From NCBI GenBank assembly GCA_028866275.1, contig JAGWIK010000001.1:139306-203305 (forward strand): DNA of 64,000 nt, read 5' to 3'. The number at the start of each line of letters is the position of its first letter. Positions within the stretch are counted from its first letter, which is position 1. The position numbers and the translations under genes were made by a program. The notes under the pieces are model-generated. The model made no database searches, was not told where the DNA came from, and saw only the letters and a list, made by a program, of their open reading frames with translations. The DNA comes from Alphaproteobacteria bacterium. Lineage in GTDB: Bacteria; Pseudomonadota; Alphaproteobacteria; UBA9219. This document shows, piece by piece, positions 9,486 through 20,416 of this stretch.

Positions 9486-10862
9486 ATGCTTTATATTCAT
9501 AATACGCTGACGCGGAAAAAAGAAGAATTCGAACCCATCGACGCCGCCGATGTCCGCATGTATGTGTGCGGGCCGACGGTTTATGATTTCGCCCATCTGG
9601 GCAACGCGCGGCCCATCGTGGTTTTTGATGTTCTGTATCGGCTGTTGCAGCGGCTGTATCCGCGCGTGACCTATGTGCGCAATATTACCGATATCGAAGA
9701 CAAGATTATGGACCGCGCCCGTGAAAACGGCGAAACGATTGAATCTCTGACTGCGCGCACGACGCAGGCTTTTCATGACGACATGGCTGCGCTGAACGCC
9801 TTGCCGCCGACGGTCGAACCGCGCGCCACCCAATATATCGGCGACATGGTCGCCATGATCGAAAAACTGGTCGCCAAGGGCCATGCCTATGTCGCCGAAG
9901 GGCATGTGTTGTTCAACGTGCCGTCGATGGGCAATTACGGCGAATTGTCGCGGCGGTCGCGCGACGAGCTGGTGGCGGGCGCGCGGGTCGATGTCGCGCC
10001 GTATAAAAAAGACGCCGCCGATTTTGTGTTATGGAAACCCAGCGCGCCGGAACAGGACGGGTGGGACAGCCCGTGGGGCCGCGGCCGTCCGGGCTGGCAT
10101 ATCGAATGTTCGGCGATGGCGGAAAAAAATCTGGGCGCGACGTTCGACATTCATGGCGGGGGTCTGGATTTAATTTTTCCGCATCATGAAAACGAAATCG
10201 CGCAAAGCCGCTGCGCCCATGACGGCGCGGTTCTGGCCAATTACTGGATGCATAACGGGTTTCTGACCGTCAATAACGACAAAATGTCGAAGTCGTTGAA
10301 GAATTTCTTTACTGTGCGCGAATTGCTGGCCCACGCGCCGGGCGAAGCGTTGCGGCTGGCGTTGCTGTCGGGGCATTACCGGTCGCCTTTGGATTTTTCG
10401 ATTGAGGCGTTGCAGGCGGCGAAGGCCAAGCTTGATCGTTGGTATGGCGCATTGCGCGTAGTGGCATATGAACCCTATGTCGATTGCAATCCACCTTCAT
10501 CTTTTGAAGGTGCTCTTTTAGATGATATGAATACCTCACTGGCGATTAGCCACATCGACAAGCTGGTCAATAATATTCATGCCAAAAGAATAACCGAAGG
10601 CGATGATGCAGCTAAGAATGAATTATTAAGCTGCGCGAGAGCGCTTGGCCTGCTGTATCAAAATCCCGAAGAATGGTTCAAATGGAAACCGGCCGGGCAA
10701 AGCGGATTGTCGGACGAAGAAATTAACGCGCAAATCGCCGCGCGATTGGCGGCGCGTCAGGCCAAAAATTATGCCGAATCCGACCGCATCCGCGACGCGC
10801 TGGCGGCGCAGGGCGTTATTCTGGAAGACGGCCCCGCTGGAACCACGTGGCGGCGCGGATAG
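9486..10862 (+). CDS. cysS: Cysteine--tRNA ligase
   Basis: HIGH-type motif (FAHLGNARP), KMSKS, and zinc-site residues. 458 aa. Confidence 0.93.
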   Translation: MLYIHNTLTRKKEEFEPIDAADVRMYVCGPTVYDFAHLGNARPIVVFDVLYRLLQRLYPRVTYVRNITDIEDKIMDRARENGETIESLTARTTQAFHDDMAALNALPPTVEPRATQYIGDMVAMIEKLVAKGHAYVAEGHVLFNVPSMGNYGELSRRSRDELVAGARVDVAPYKKDAADFVLWKPSAPEQDGWDSPWGRGRPGWHIECSAMAEKNLGATFDIHGGGLDLIFPHHENEIAQSRCAHDGAVLANYWMHNGFLTVNNDKMSKSLKNFFTVRELLAHAPGEALRLALLSGHYRSPLDFSIEALQAAKAKLDRWYGALRVVAYEPYVDCNPPSSFEGALLDDMNTSLAISHIDKLVNNIHAKRITEGDDAAKNELLSCARALGLLYQNPEEWFKWKPAGQSGLSDEEINAQIAARLAARQAKNYAESDRIRDALAAQGVILEDGPAGTTWRRG

Positions 10863-10865
10863 GGG

Positions 10866-12686
10866 TTATTCCACCGTCACGCTTTTCGCCAGATTGCGCG
10901 GCTGGTCGACATCGGTGCCTTTGGCGATGGCCGTGTAATAGGCCAGCAACTGCACCGGCACGCTGTACAGCAACGGCGCGACGGCGGCGTCGGTTTCGGG
11001 CAGGGCGATGTTCCAGAATGTTTTCGCGCCGACATGGGCGATGCCGGATTTGTCGGAAATCATAATCACCTTGCCGCCGCGCGCCGCGACTTCCTGAATG
11101 TTCGACGCGGTTTTTTCATAAAGCGCGCCGCCGGGGGCCAAAACGACCACGGGCATGTTTTCGTCGATCAAGGCGATGGGCCCGTGTTTCAGTTCGCCCG
11201 CCGGATAGCCTTCGGCATGGATGTACGAAATTTCTTTGAGCTTGAGCGATCCTTCCATCGCGATGGGGTACAGCAATCCGCGGCCCAGATACAAAACGTC
11301 GCGGGCGTCGGCCAGATGATGCGCCAGTTCCTGAATATGATGTTCGTCGCGCAGCACGGCGTTGATCTGCGCCGGAATTTCGCGCAAGGCATGCAAAATG
11401 GCCTTGGCCCGCGCGGCGTCGATGGCGCCGCGCGCCTGCGCCGCCGTCAAGGCGAGGCACAGCAAGACGGTCAATTGCGTGGTAAACGCCTTGGTCGACG
11501 CGACGCCGATTTCCGGCCCCGCCATCGTCGGCACGGTGACATCGGCCAGCCGCGCGATGGAGCTTTGCGGCACATTGACGACGGCGAGGATTTTTTGCCC
11601 CTGCGATTTGGCGTAATGCAACGCCGCCAGCGTATCCGCCGTTTCGCCGGATTGCGACACGGCGATGGTGACGCCGCCCGCCTGCATCGGCGCTTCGCGA
11701 TAACGGAATTCCGACGCGATATCGACTTCGACCGGCAGCCGCGCCAGCTGTTCGAACCAGTATTTGGCGACCACGCCCGCGTAACAGGCCGTGCCGCAGC
11801 CGACGATGGTGACGCGCGGCACGTCTTTCCAGTCGAACGGCAAAGGCGGCATCGCCAGCGCATCGTCCGGCGTGGTCAGGGCCGACAGCGTGTCGCCGAT
11901 GACGGCGGGCTGTTCGAAAATTTCCTTCAGCATGAAATGGCGGTACTGGCCTTTGCCGATCATCGCGCCTGACAGGGCGGTGATGTGAATTTTGCGGTCG
12001 ACGATTTTATCCGCGGCGTCGTGGATGATGATTTTGCCGGCATACAGTTCGGCCCAGTCGCCTTCTTCCAGATAGGCGATGCGGTTGGTCAGCGGCGCCA
12101 GCGCCAAGGCATCCGACCCCAGATAGGCTTCGCCGTCGCCGAAACCGATGGCCAGCGGGCTGCCGCGCCGCGCGCCGATCAGCAGATCATTATGGCCGAC
12201 GAAGACGATGCCCAGCGCGAACGCGCCTTCCAGACGTTTGAGCGACGCGGCGGTGGCTTGTTGCGGCGTCAGGCCCTGATCCAGATAGTCGGTGATCAGA
12301 TGGGCGATGGTTTCGGAATCGGTTTCCGACGCGAAGGCGTGGCCTTTGGCTTCCAGTTCGGTGCGCAGCGCGCGGTAATTTTCAATGATGCCGTTATGGA
12401 CGACGGCGACTTTGGCGGTGGCGTGCGGGTGGGCATTGGCTTCGGTGGGTTTGCCGTGCGTGGCCCAGCGCGTATGGCCGATGCCGACATGGCCCGCCAG
12501 CGGTTGGTCGACAAGGCGCTGCGCCAGTTGGTCCAGCTTGCCGGTGGCGCGGCGAATGTCGATGACGCCGTTTGTCAGCGTGGCAATGCCCGCGCTGTCA
12601 TAGCCGCGATATTCCAGCCGCCTCAGCCCGTCCAGCAACAACGGGGAAACAGGCCGCGAACCGATCATACCGACAATACCGCACAT
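10866..12686 (-). CDS. glmS: Glutamine--fructose-6-phosphate aminotransferase
   Basis: Starts MCGIVG (N-terminal nucleophile Cys) with two SIS domains. 606 aa. Ends VTVE. Confidence 0.95.
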   Translation of the reverse strand: MCGIVGMIGSRPVSPLLLDGLRRLEYRGYDSAGIATLTNGVIDIRRATGKLDQLAQRLVDQPLAGHVGIGHTRWATHGKPTEANAHPHATAKVAVVHNGIIENYRALRTELEAKGHAFASETDSETIAHLITDYLDQGLTPQQATAASLKRLEGAFALGIVFVGHNDLLIGARRGSPLAIGFGDGEAYLGSDALALAPLTNRIAYLEEGDWAELYAGKIIIHDAADKIVDRKIHITALSGAMIGKGQYRHFMLKEIFEQPAVIGDTLSALTTPDDALAMPPLPFDWKDVPRVTIVGCGTACYAGVVAKYWFEQLARLPVEVDIASEFRYREAPMQAGGVTIAVSQSGETADTLAALHYAKSQGQKILAVVNVPQSSIARLADVTVPTMAGPEIGVASTKAFTTQLTVLLCLALTAAQARGAIDAARAKAILHALREIPAQINAVLRDEHHIQELAHHLADARDVLYLGRGLLYPIAMEGSLKLKEISYIHAEGYPAGELKHGPIALIDENMPVVVLAPGGALYEKTASNIQEVAARGGKVIMISDKSGIAHVGAKTFWNIALPETDAAVAPLLYSVPVQLLAYYTAIAKGTDVDQPRNLAKSVTVE

Positions 12687-12839
12687 GGGATAACGCTCTT
12701 TCTTGGGGAAATGGAACAGGTGGAGTTTAGGCGGAAATTCTAGAGCAGGAAGTCAACTTGTGCGACATATTGTTACCCGGCTCTTGCCAGCCCTGTGCAG
12801 GTTTGTTAACCGTACGGAGGTAAAACAAGGGAGAAAACC

Positions 12840-13271
12840 ATGTCTGTGGCCAAGGATTTCCGCGATTTCATCGCGCGCGGCAATGTCGTCGATCTGGCGG
12901 TCGGCGTTATCATCGGCGCGGCGTTCGGCAAGATTGTCAGCTCGCTGGTCGCCGATATTCTGATGCCGCCGATCGGGTTGTTGCTGGGCAAGGTCGATTT
13001 TTCCAGCCTGTTCATCGCGCTGAACGGCGACCATTACGCCTCGCTGGCGGCGGCCAAGGCGGCGGGCGCGCCGACCATCAATTACGGTGTCTTTATCAAC
13101 AGCGTGATCGATTTCCTGATCGTCGCCTTTGTCGTTTTCATTGTCGTGAAACAGGTCAACCGCATCGTGCCGAAACCCGCCGCCCCCGCGACCAAGGAAT
13201 GCCCGCGCTGCCTGTCGAAAATTGCCGCCGCCGCGACCAAATGCCCGCATTGCACCGCGGATATCGCCTGA
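12840..13271 (+). CDS. mscL: Large-conductance mechanosensitive channel with a C-terminal CxxC-x13-CxxC zinc-ribbon tail
   Basis: [29 protein letters not shown] is the canonical MscL TM1 and loop. C-terminus [25 protein letters not shown]. Confidence 0.85.
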   Translation: MSVAKDFRDFIARGNVVDLAVGVIIGAAFGKIVSSLVADILMPPIGLLLGKVDFSSLFIALNGDHYASLAAAKAAGAPTINYGVFINSVIDFLIVAFVVFIVVKQVNRIVPKPAAPATKECPRCLSKIAAAATKCPHCTADIA

Positions 13272-13293
13272 AACTTTGATAATGGAGATGACG

Positions 13294-14175
13294 ATGGCCA
13301 AAGTCGCTTTCATCGGTCTGGGCGTCATGGGGTATCCCATGGCCGGACATCTGGCCCGCGCCGGACATGATGTTACGGTTTTCAACCGTACGCAGGCCAA
13401 GGCGGAAAAATGGGTTGCGGCATATAAAGGCGCCAAGGCGCCCACGCCCCGCGCAGCCGCGCGCGATGCCGATTTTGTTTTCGCCTGCGTCGGCAATGAT
13501 GATGATTTGCGCAGTATAACGACGGGCAACGAGGGCGCTTTCGCCGGCATGAAAAAAGGCGCGGTATTCGTCGATCACACAACCGCGTCGGCGCAAGTTG
13601 CGCGCGAACTGGCCGGCGCCGCCGCGGGGCAGGGGCTGCATTTTCTCGACGCGCCGGTGTCGGGCGGTCAGGCGGGGGCCGAGAAAGGCCAGCTGACCGT
13701 GATGGCCGGCGGCGACGGCGCCGTTTATGCCCGTGCCGAACCCGTGATGCAATCTTATGCCAAGGCCGTCCAGCATATGGGCGATGCGGGGTCGGGGCAG
13801 CTTGCCAAGATGGTGAACCAGATATGCATCGCCGGTGTTGTTCAGGGATTGTCGGAAGGGGTCGCTTTCGCGCAAGCCGCAGGGCTAGATATCGGCAGGC
13901 TGTTTGCCGCTATCAGCAAGGGCGGCGCGGGATCGTGGCAAATGGAAAACCGCATGATGACAATGGCCGAAGATAAATTCGATTTCGGTTTTGCGGTCGA
14001 CTGGATACGCAAGGATCTGGGCATCTGTCTTGACGAAGCCGCCCGCAACGGCGCATCCCTGCCGGGTACCGCCCTGATCGACCAGTTTTATGCCGATGTC
14101 CAGCGCATGGGCGGCGGCCGGTGGGATTCATCCAGCCTTGTGCGCCGCCTGCGCCCCGTCAGGCGCGCGACATAA
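13294..14175 (+). CDS. NAD(P)-dependent 3-hydroxyisobutyrate dehydrogenase / 2-hydroxy-3-oxopropionate reductase family oxidoreductase
   Basis: MAKVAFIGLGVMGYPMAGHL Rossmann N-terminus. ATG 13294 is preceded by GGAG. The longer 13222 ORF would overlap mscL. Confidence 0.8.
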   Translation: MAKVAFIGLGVMGYPMAGHLARAGHDVTVFNRTQAKAEKWVAAYKGAKAPTPRAAARDADFVFACVGNDDDLRSITTGNEGAFAGMKKGAVFVDHTTASAQVARELAGAAAGQGLHFLDAPVSGGQAGAEKGQLTVMAGGDGAVYARAEPVMQSYAKAVQHMGDAGSGQLAKMVNQICIAGVVQGLSEGVAFAQAAGLDIGRLFAAISKGGAGSWQMENRMMTMAEDKFDFGFAVDWIRKDLGICLDEAARNGASLPGTALIDQFYADVQRMGGGRWDSSSLVRRLRPVRRAT

Positions 14176-14180
14176 AAAGC

Positions 14181-14207
14181 CCCGCGCAGAAATCTGGCGG
14201 GGCTTTG
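14181..14207. terminator. Bidirectional rho-independent terminator between the dehydrogenase and rpmG
   Basis: gccccgc-gcagaaatct-ggcggggc hairpin flanked by A-run and T-run. Confidence 0.6.
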
Positions 14208-14233
14208 ACTTGCGGTTGAAGCGCAAGGATGTC

Positions 14234-14413
14234 TTACGACTTCTTGCCTTCCTTGATCTTGCCTTCCTTGAAGGTGACATGCTTGCGCACGACGGGGTCG
14301 TATTTCTTCAGTTCCAGCTTGTTGGTGTTGTTCTTGGGGTTCTTCTTGGTGACATAGAAGAAGCCGGTGTTCGCCGAGCTGACCAGCTTGATGTCGTTTT
14401 TCGCTTTTGCCAT
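14234..14413 (-). CDS. rpmG: 50S ribosomal protein L33
   Basis: Not in the ORF track (59 aa): [66 protein letters not shown] lies upstream on the minus strand. Confidence 0.85.
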   Translation of the reverse strand: MAKAKNDIKLVSSANTGFFYVTKKNPKNNTNKLELKKYDPVVRKHVTFKEGKIKEGKKS

Positions 14414-14513
14414 TGTCGTAATCCTGTGTCTTGCATAAATTCCGTGCGCCCGCCCGGTCGCGCCGGATGGAACAAGGCGCGCAATGTCGTGAAATAGCGG
14501 GTCTTTGTCAAGT

Positions 14514-15968
14514 TTAATCGAATAAATCTGCGGATTCAGGGGGTTGACCGGCCTCGCTTTTGCTGAATTTCAGGGCGGCCAAAGCCCTTTGCCGCGCGTG
14601 GGCATGGTCAAGGACAGGAAAAGGATAGGTTTTTCCCATCTGAACCCCCGCCCGGGCGAGCATGTCCGCGGGGGCTTTCCACGGTTCGTGGATATAGCGG
14701 GCGTCCAGCCGCGCCAGTTCGGGGATAAAGCGACGGACATAATCGCCGCGCGGGTCGAATTTCGCGCCCTGTAATGTGGGGTTGAAAATGCGGAAATAGG
14801 GCGCGGCGTCGGCGCCGCATCCCGCCACCCATTGCCAGCTGGCGGTATTGCTGCCCAGATCGGCATCGACCAGCGTGTCGGCAAACCACGCAGCCCCTTG
14901 CCGCCAGTCGATCAGCAGATCCTTGACCAGAAACGACGCCGCGATCATACGCACGCGATTGTGCATCCAGCCGGTTTGCCATAATTGCCGCATGCCCGCA
15001 TCGACAATGGGGTATCCCGTCATGCCCTGTTGCCACGCGCGCAAACCCGCGGGGTCGTCGCGCCATGGGAAACGCGCAAAGGATTTTTGCAAAGGCTCCG
15101 TGATGAAATCGGGTATTTGCGTCAACAGGTGCCACGAAAAATCGCGCCACAGAATTTCCTGCAGATATTTCTCGCCGCCGCCGTGGCGCATAATGGCGTG
15201 CCATATCTGGCGCGGGCTGATCGTGCCGATATGCAAATGCGGCGACAGGCGCGACGTGCCGTCGATGTCGGGGCGGTCGCGGTCTGTTGTGTAGCCTGTC
15301 AATGCGCGGGCCGTAAAATCGCGTAGCCGGTCTTGCGCCGCCGCTTCGCCGATATCCCATGCCTGCGCCAGTCCGCGCGGCCATTGTGCCGTGCGCGGCA
15401 CGAGCTTCAGCGCATCCAGCGTGTCGCCCTTCACCCCGTCCACGCCGCGCAGATTTTGCGGAACGGGCAGGGGGCGTTCCGGCGGCGGCGCGGCGAAACA
15501 GGCGCGGGAAAAAGGCGTGTAAACCTTGAACATCGTGCCCGCGCCGGTGCGGATGGATTCCGGCTCGAACAGCAAAAAACCGGAATGGGTCGATGTTTCG
15601 ATGCCGTCTTCGCGCAACGCCGATGCAATATCCGCGTCGCGGGCCGCGACGGCGGGTTCGTAACGCCGCGACCATGTGACATGCCGCGCGCCGGTGGCCG
15701 CGATGACGTCGCGCAAAATATCCAGAGCCTTGCCGCGCCGCAGCACAAGAGGTAATCCGCGCGCGGCCAGATCTGCGCCAAGCGCGTGCAAGGCCTGATG
15801 CAGGGCCCACGCCGCCGCCCCGCCCATCGGCGGCGTGGAATCGTCGTGAATATAAAGCGGCACAACGGGGCCGCGCGCCGCCGCCCTTGTCAGGGCGCGA
15901 TGATCGCCCAAGCGTAAATCGTTGGAAAACCATACGATAGACGGCGTGTCGAATGATGGGGGTTTCAT
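14514..15968 (-). CDS. phrB: Deoxyribodipyrimidine photolyase / cryptochrome family protein
   Basis: Photolyase N-terminal and FAD-binding domain motifs are present ([34 protein letters not shown]). The start is trimmed to ATG 15968 (MKPPSF); the 595-aa ORF extends upstream without support. Confidence 0.88.
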   Translation of the reverse strand: MKPPSFDTPSIVWFSNDLRLGDHRALTRAAARGPVVPLYIHDDSTPPMGGAAAWALHQALHALGADLAARGLPLVLRRGKALDILRDVIAATGARHVTWSRRYEPAVAARDADIASALREDGIETSTHSGFLLFEPESIRTGAGTMFKVYTPFSRACFAAPPPERPLPVPQNLRGVDGVKGDTLDALKLVPRTAQWPRGLAQAWDIGEAAAQDRLRDFTARALTGYTTDRDRPDIDGTSRLSPHLHIGTISPRQIWHAIMRHGGGEKYLQEILWRDFSWHLLTQIPDFITEPLQKSFARFPWRDDPAGLRAWQQGMTGYPIVDAGMRQLWQTGWMHNRVRMIAASFLVKDLLIDWRQGAAWFADTLVDADLGSNTASWQWVAGCGADAAPYFRIFNPTLQGAKFDPRGDYVRRFIPELARLDARYIHEPWKAPADMLARAGVQMGKTYPFPVLDHAHARQRALAALKFSKSEAGQPPESADLFD

Positions 15969-16025
15969 GCCTTTGCCAGTGACTTTCGGGCGGGTTTGCG
16001 ATAATCCTTTTAACCTTGTTTTCCC

Positions 16026-17822
16026 TTGCAGGTCAAAACCGTGTTCAAATTCCTTGCCCGCTGTTTCGCCGTTATCGGATTCCTGGCTGTCGCCGTTTGC
16101 GTCACCGGTGCGGTTGTCGCGTGGTACACGCAAAAACAGCAGCAAACCGAACCGGCCAAGGTCGTGTTGTCGCTCGATTTCGACAGCCCCATTGTCGAAC
16201 AGGGCGACGGATCGCCGCTCGACCTTGCGCTTGACGAAAGCAGCCCCGTGGCCTTGCTCGACATCGTGCGCGCCATCGACGCCGCCAAGGATGACCCGCA
16301 TGTCGTCGGCATCGTCGCGCGCTTCGGGTCGGAACAGCCGAGCCTGATACAGGCGCAGGAAATCCGCGCCGCGCTGGCGCGGTTCAAGAAAAGCGGCAAA
16401 TTCACTTATGCTTACGGCACCAGTTTCGGCGATTTCGGTTCGGGCGACCGCGCCTATTATCTGGCCAGCGCGTTCGACAATATATGGTTGCAGCCTGTCG
16501 GCACGGTCAGCCTGACCGGCGTGGGGCTGACGGATTTCTTTGGCAAGACGGCGCTGGACAAAGCCGGCATTACCGCCGATTTCATGCGCCGCGAGGAATA
16601 TAAGGAATTCATGGAAGACGCCCAGCGCGATGCGTTCGATCCGGCGGTCAAGGTTGAAATGCAGGGGCTGGTCGATAATCTGTCGGGGCAGATCGCCGCC
16701 GGCATTGCCGACAGCCGCAAATGGGATGCCGCGCGCGTCGCCAATTTAATGGCGCAAGGGCCCTATACCGCCGACGAGGCGCAACAAAACGGCCTGGTCA
16801 CGCGTGTCGCCTATGCCGATCAGCTCGACGACGAGATCGACAGGCTGGCTGGCAAAGACGCGCAACAAGTCGATGTCGATACCTATCTGGGCTATGCCGA
16901 CGACGGCACGGGCGGCGGGGCGCAGACCGAAGTCGCGCTGATTTACGGCCTAGGCCTTATCGCCGACAAGGATGTCGGCGATGGCGGCATTGCAGGCGGC
17001 CATGTCATGGGCGCGGACGATATCGCGGGCGCATTCGACGACGCGGCGTCGGACGCGAACGTAAAAGCGATTTTGTTCCGCATCGACAGCCCGGGCGGCA
17101 GCCCGTCCGCGTCGGAAACCATTCGCCGCGCCATGATTCACGCCGAAAAACAAGGCAAGCCCGTCATCGTGTCGATGGGCGGCACGGCGGCGTCGGGCGG
17201 GTATTGGATCGCGATGAACGGCGACAAAATCATCGCCGATCCCGGCACCTTGACCGGTTCCATCGGCGTGGTGTCGGGCAAATTCGCGCTCGACGGGCTG
17301 TTGCAGAAAATCGGCGTGACCCCCGACGGCGTGCGCACGGCGGACAATGCCGGAATGTGGCAGATGGATGCGCCTTTCAACCCGGCGCAACGCGCGCGGA
17401 TCAATGCGTTGCTCGACGAAACCTATCGGGCCTTCACCGATAACGTCGCCGCGGCGCGTAAAATACCGTTGGACAAAATGCCGGATATCGCCAAGGGCCG
17501 GGTATGGACGGGCGAACAGGCGTTGCCGCTGGGGCTGGTCGATCAGCTGGGCGGCTATGACGTCGCGCTGGAAGATGTGCGCCAAGCCTTGAAGCTGGGT
17601 GAAAACGACGTGATCGATCTGGAACCCTTTCCTGCCGCGCCGACGCCCGCCGAACGGTTGCTGAAGCTGCTGCATCATTTCGGCGCGGCGAGTTCGGCCC
17701 TGTCGTCATTGGCCGATACCTTGGACGACATTCAGGCCGTGGCCCGCCCGTGGCTGGGGCTGGCGGCTTTGTCGCGCCATCCGGTTGCGGCGCAGATGAT
17801 TTTGGGAGATACGCATGAGTAA
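16026..17822 (+). CDS. sppA: Signal peptide peptidase SppA (protease IV, 67K type)
   Basis: N-terminal TM segment and two S49 domains. The second carries the GGTAASGGYW Ser nucleophile region. TTG/GTG start near 16026-16041. Confidence 0.85.
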   Translation: MQVKTVFKFLARCFAVIGFLAVAVCVTGAVVAWYTQKQQQTEPAKVVLSLDFDSPIVEQGDGSPLDLALDESSPVALLDIVRAIDAAKDDPHVVGIVARFGSEQPSLIQAQEIRAALARFKKSGKFTYAYGTSFGDFGSGDRAYYLASAFDNIWLQPVGTVSLTGVGLTDFFGKTALDKAGITADFMRREEYKEFMEDAQRDAFDPAVKVEMQGLVDNLSGQIAAGIADSRKWDAARVANLMAQGPYTADEAQQNGLVTRVAYADQLDDEIDRLAGKDAQQVDVDTYLGYADDGTGGGAQTEVALIYGLGLIADKDVGDGGIAGGHVMGADDIAGAFDDAASDANVKAILFRIDSPGGSPSASETIRRAMIHAEKQGKPVIVSMGGTAASGGYWIAMNGDKIIADPGTLTGSIGVVSGKFALDGLLQKIGVTPDGVRTADNAGMWQMDAPFNPAQRARINALLDETYRAFTDNVAAARKIPLDKMPDIAKGRVWTGEQALPLGLVDQLGGYDVALEDVRQALKLGENDVIDLEPFPAAPTPAERLLKLLHHFGAASSALSSLADTLDDIQAVARPWLGLAALSRHPVAAQMILGDTHE

Positions 17823-18945
17823 CGCGCCTTTCGTTGTGCTGGCTGCCGGCGGCACCGGCGGCCATATTTTTCCCGCCGAAGCCTTGGCGCGCGAATTGCT
17901 GGGGCGCGGCTATCGCGTCGCGTTGATGACCGACCGTCGCGGCGCGAAATTCAGCGACGATTTGCCGGTGCCCGTGTACCGCACCCGCGCCAGCGCGATG
18001 GGCAAGGGCGTGTGGGGCAAATTGCGCAGTTTCGCCGAAATGGGCGTCGGGGTTTTACAGGCGCGCCATCATTTGCGCGACCTGCGGCCCGATGCGGTCG
18101 TGGGGTTCGGCGGCTATCCGTCGGTGCCGACTTTATATGCCGCGGCGCGGCTGGGCATTCCCATTATTTTGCACGATTCCAACGCTATTCTGGGGCGCGC
18201 CAATCGCGCCCTGATGGACAAAGCGCGCGTGATTGCGACATCGTTCCCCAAAGTCGCGGGCGTCAAGGCCGCGCCCAATGCCACGCTGGTTTGCACCGGC
18301 AATCCCGTGCGTTCGGCCTTTATGGCGTTACGCGCCCAACCCTATGTCGGTTTGGCCGACGACGGCCCGATGAAAATTCTGGTGATGGGCGGCAGTCAGG
18401 GCGCTCGCGTGTTCAGCCAGGTGGTGCCGCAGGCATTGGCCCTGATGCCCGATCATTTGCGCCGCCGCATTGTGATCGCCCAGCAATGCCGCAAGGAAGA
18501 TCTGGAAAGCGCGCGCGCGGCCTATGCCGCCGCCGGGATCGATGCCGATCTTTCAGCCTTTTTCCGCGACGTGCCCGAACGCATGGCGGAATCGCATTTG
18601 GTCATCTGCCGCGCCGGCGGGTCGACCGTCGCCGAATTGACGGTGATCGGACGCCCGTCGATTCTGGTGCCGTTGCCGCACGGCCATGCGGGCGAACAGA
18701 TCGCCAATGCCGAAGCGGTGGCCGAAGCGGGCGGCGCGTGGTTGATCCCCGAACAGGCTTTTACCCCTGAATCTTTGGCGGTGCGGCTGGAATCGCTGAT
18801 GGCTTTGCCGTCGACATTGACGAAAACGGCTGCCGCTGCGCGGGCATGGGGTAAAGTGGGCGCGGTTGACAATCTGGCCGACTGCGTCGCCGGTGTCGTC
18901 AAGAAAACATACGCATTTTCATTGGAACAGGATAAAGCGGCATGA
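17815..18945 (+). CDS. murG: Undecaprenyldiphospho-muramoylpentapeptide beta-N-acetylglucosaminyltransferase
   Basis: [16 protein letters not shown]-terminus. 376 aa. ATGA overlap with the sppA stop. Confidence 0.92.
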   Translation: MSNAPFVVLAAGGTGGHIFPAEALARELLGRGYRVALMTDRRGAKFSDDLPVPVYRTRASAMGKGVWGKLRSFAEMGVGVLQARHHLRDLRPDAVVGFGGYPSVPTLYAAARLGIPIILHDSNAILGRANRALMDKARVIATSFPKVAGVKAAPNATLVCTGNPVRSAFMALRAQPYVGLADDGPMKILVMGGSQGARVFSQVVPQALALMPDHLRRRIVIAQQCRKEDLESARAAYAAAGIDADLSAFFRDVPERMAESHLVICRAGGSTVAELTVIGRPSILVPLPHGHAGEQIANAEAVAEAGGAWLIPEQAFTPESLAVRLESLMALPSTLTKTAAAARAWGKVGAVDNLADCVAGVVKKTYAFSLEQDKAA

Positions 18946-20414
18946 ATTGGACGGACATGGATTGGAACAAAGCGACATCGCGCGCGCATTTTTCCCCGCA
19001 ATCGGTCGGGGTGATACATTTCGTCGGCATCGGCGGCATCGGGATGAGCGGCATCGCCGAGATTCTGCACCATCTGGGATACAAGGTTCAGGGCAGCGAT
19101 CAAAATGACAACGCCAATGTCAAACGGCTGCGCGACAAAGGCATCGCCGTGCATATTGGCCACACGTCCGAAAATCTGGGCGCGGCCAGCGTCGTGGTGA
19201 TTTCGTCGGCGGTCAAGCGCGACAATCCCGAAGTCGTGGCGGCGCGCGCCGCGTTTTTACCCATCGTGCGGCGCGCCGAAATGCTGGGCGAATTGATGCG
19301 CCTGAAGTGGGCGGTCGCGGTCGGCGGCACGCACGGCAAGACGACGACGACATCGATGGTGGCGTCGCTGTTCGACGCGGCGGGGCTTGACCCGACGGTG
19401 ATCAATGGCGGCATTATCAACGCCTATGGCACCAATGCGCGATTGGGCGGCGGCGAATGGATGGTCGTGGAATCGGACGAAAGCGACGGCAGTTTCACGA
19501 AACTGCCCGCGACGGTCGCCATCGTCACCAATATCGATCCCGAACATATGGATCATTACCATGATTTCGACGCGGTGCGCCGCGCCTATGAAACTTTTGT
19601 GCAGAATATCCCGTTTTACGGCTTTGCCGTGTTGTGCGTCGATCATCCCGAAGTGCAGGAACTGATCGCCCGCGTGCAGGACAGGAAAATCGTCACCTAT
19701 GGTTTTTCGCCGCAGGCCGATATCCGCGCCGTCAATGTCGAAGCGCGCACCGACGGGTCGCGGTTCGATGTGGTCGTAACCGACAGAAAGACCGACGAAA
19801 CCCGCAGGGTTGACGGCGTATTCCTGCCCGTTATCGGGCGGCACAATGTGCAGAACGCGCTGGCGGCCATTGGTGTCGGGGTACAGCTTGGCTTTACCGA
19901 CGCCGTGTTGCGCATGGCTTTTGCCAAATTCGAAGGCGTCAAACGGCGTTTCACCCGCACGGGGGTTGTCAACGGCGTGACCATTATCGACGATTACGGC
20001 CATCATCCGGTCGAGATCGCCGCGACATTGAAGGCGGCGGTGCAGGCCAAGGGCGACGCGGGCCGCATCATCGCCGTCATGCAGCCGCATCGCTATACCC
20101 GCCTGTCGAGCCTGTTCGGCGATTTCTGTAAAACATTTAACGACGCCGATACCGTTATCATCGCCGATGTTTATGCCGCCGGCGAACAGCCTGTCGAGGG
20201 GGCTTCGCGCGACGCCTTGGTCGAAGGGTTGCGCGCGCACGGGCATCGCGACGTGCATGCTTTGCCGTCGCCGGACAGGCTGGCCGCGATGATTGCCGAC
20301 ATGGCGCATCCCGGCGACTATGTCGTGTGTCTGGGCGCGGGGACGATCAGCCAGTGGGCTTATGCGTTGCCGGGCGAGCTGGAAGAAATCTGGGGTAAAA
20401 AGAAGGCGGGGTAG
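18942..20414 (+). CDS. murC: UDP-N-acetylmuramate--L-alanine ligase
   Basis: [18 protein letters not shown] and [11 protein letters not shown] Mur ligase motifs. Overlaps the murG stop. Confidence 0.92.
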   Translation: MNWTDMDWNKATSRAHFSPQSVGVIHFVGIGGIGMSGIAEILHHLGYKVQGSDQNDNANVKRLRDKGIAVHIGHTSENLGAASVVVISSAVKRDNPEVVAARAAFLPIVRRAEMLGELMRLKWAVAVGGTHGKTTTTSMVASLFDAAGLDPTVINGGIINAYGTNARLGGGEWMVVESDESDGSFTKLPATVAIVTNIDPEHMDHYHDFDAVRRAYETFVQNIPFYGFAVLCVDHPEVQELIARVQDRKIVTYGFSPQADIRAVNVEARTDGSRFDVVVTDRKTDETRRVDGVFLPVIGRHNVQNALAAIGVGVQLGFTDAVLRMAFAKFEGVKRRFTRTGVVNGVTIIDDYGHHPVEIAATLKAAVQAKGDAGRIIAVMQPHRYTRLSSLFGDFCKTFNDADTVIIADVYAAGEQPVEGASRDALVEGLRAHGHRDVHALPSPDRLAAMIADMAHPGDYVVCLGAGTISQWAYALPGELEEIWGKKKAG

Positions 20415-20416
20415 GG

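Noticed and set aside
14514-16301. 595-aa ORF as the full photolyase, and 55916..57187 as a 423-aa deacetylase
   Set aside because: The upstream extensions are low-complexity and overlap neighbouring genes. Conserved domains begin at ATG 15968 (MKPPSF) and ATG 56315 (MTAPDTS). The latter has an ATGA overlap with the DJ-1 gene.
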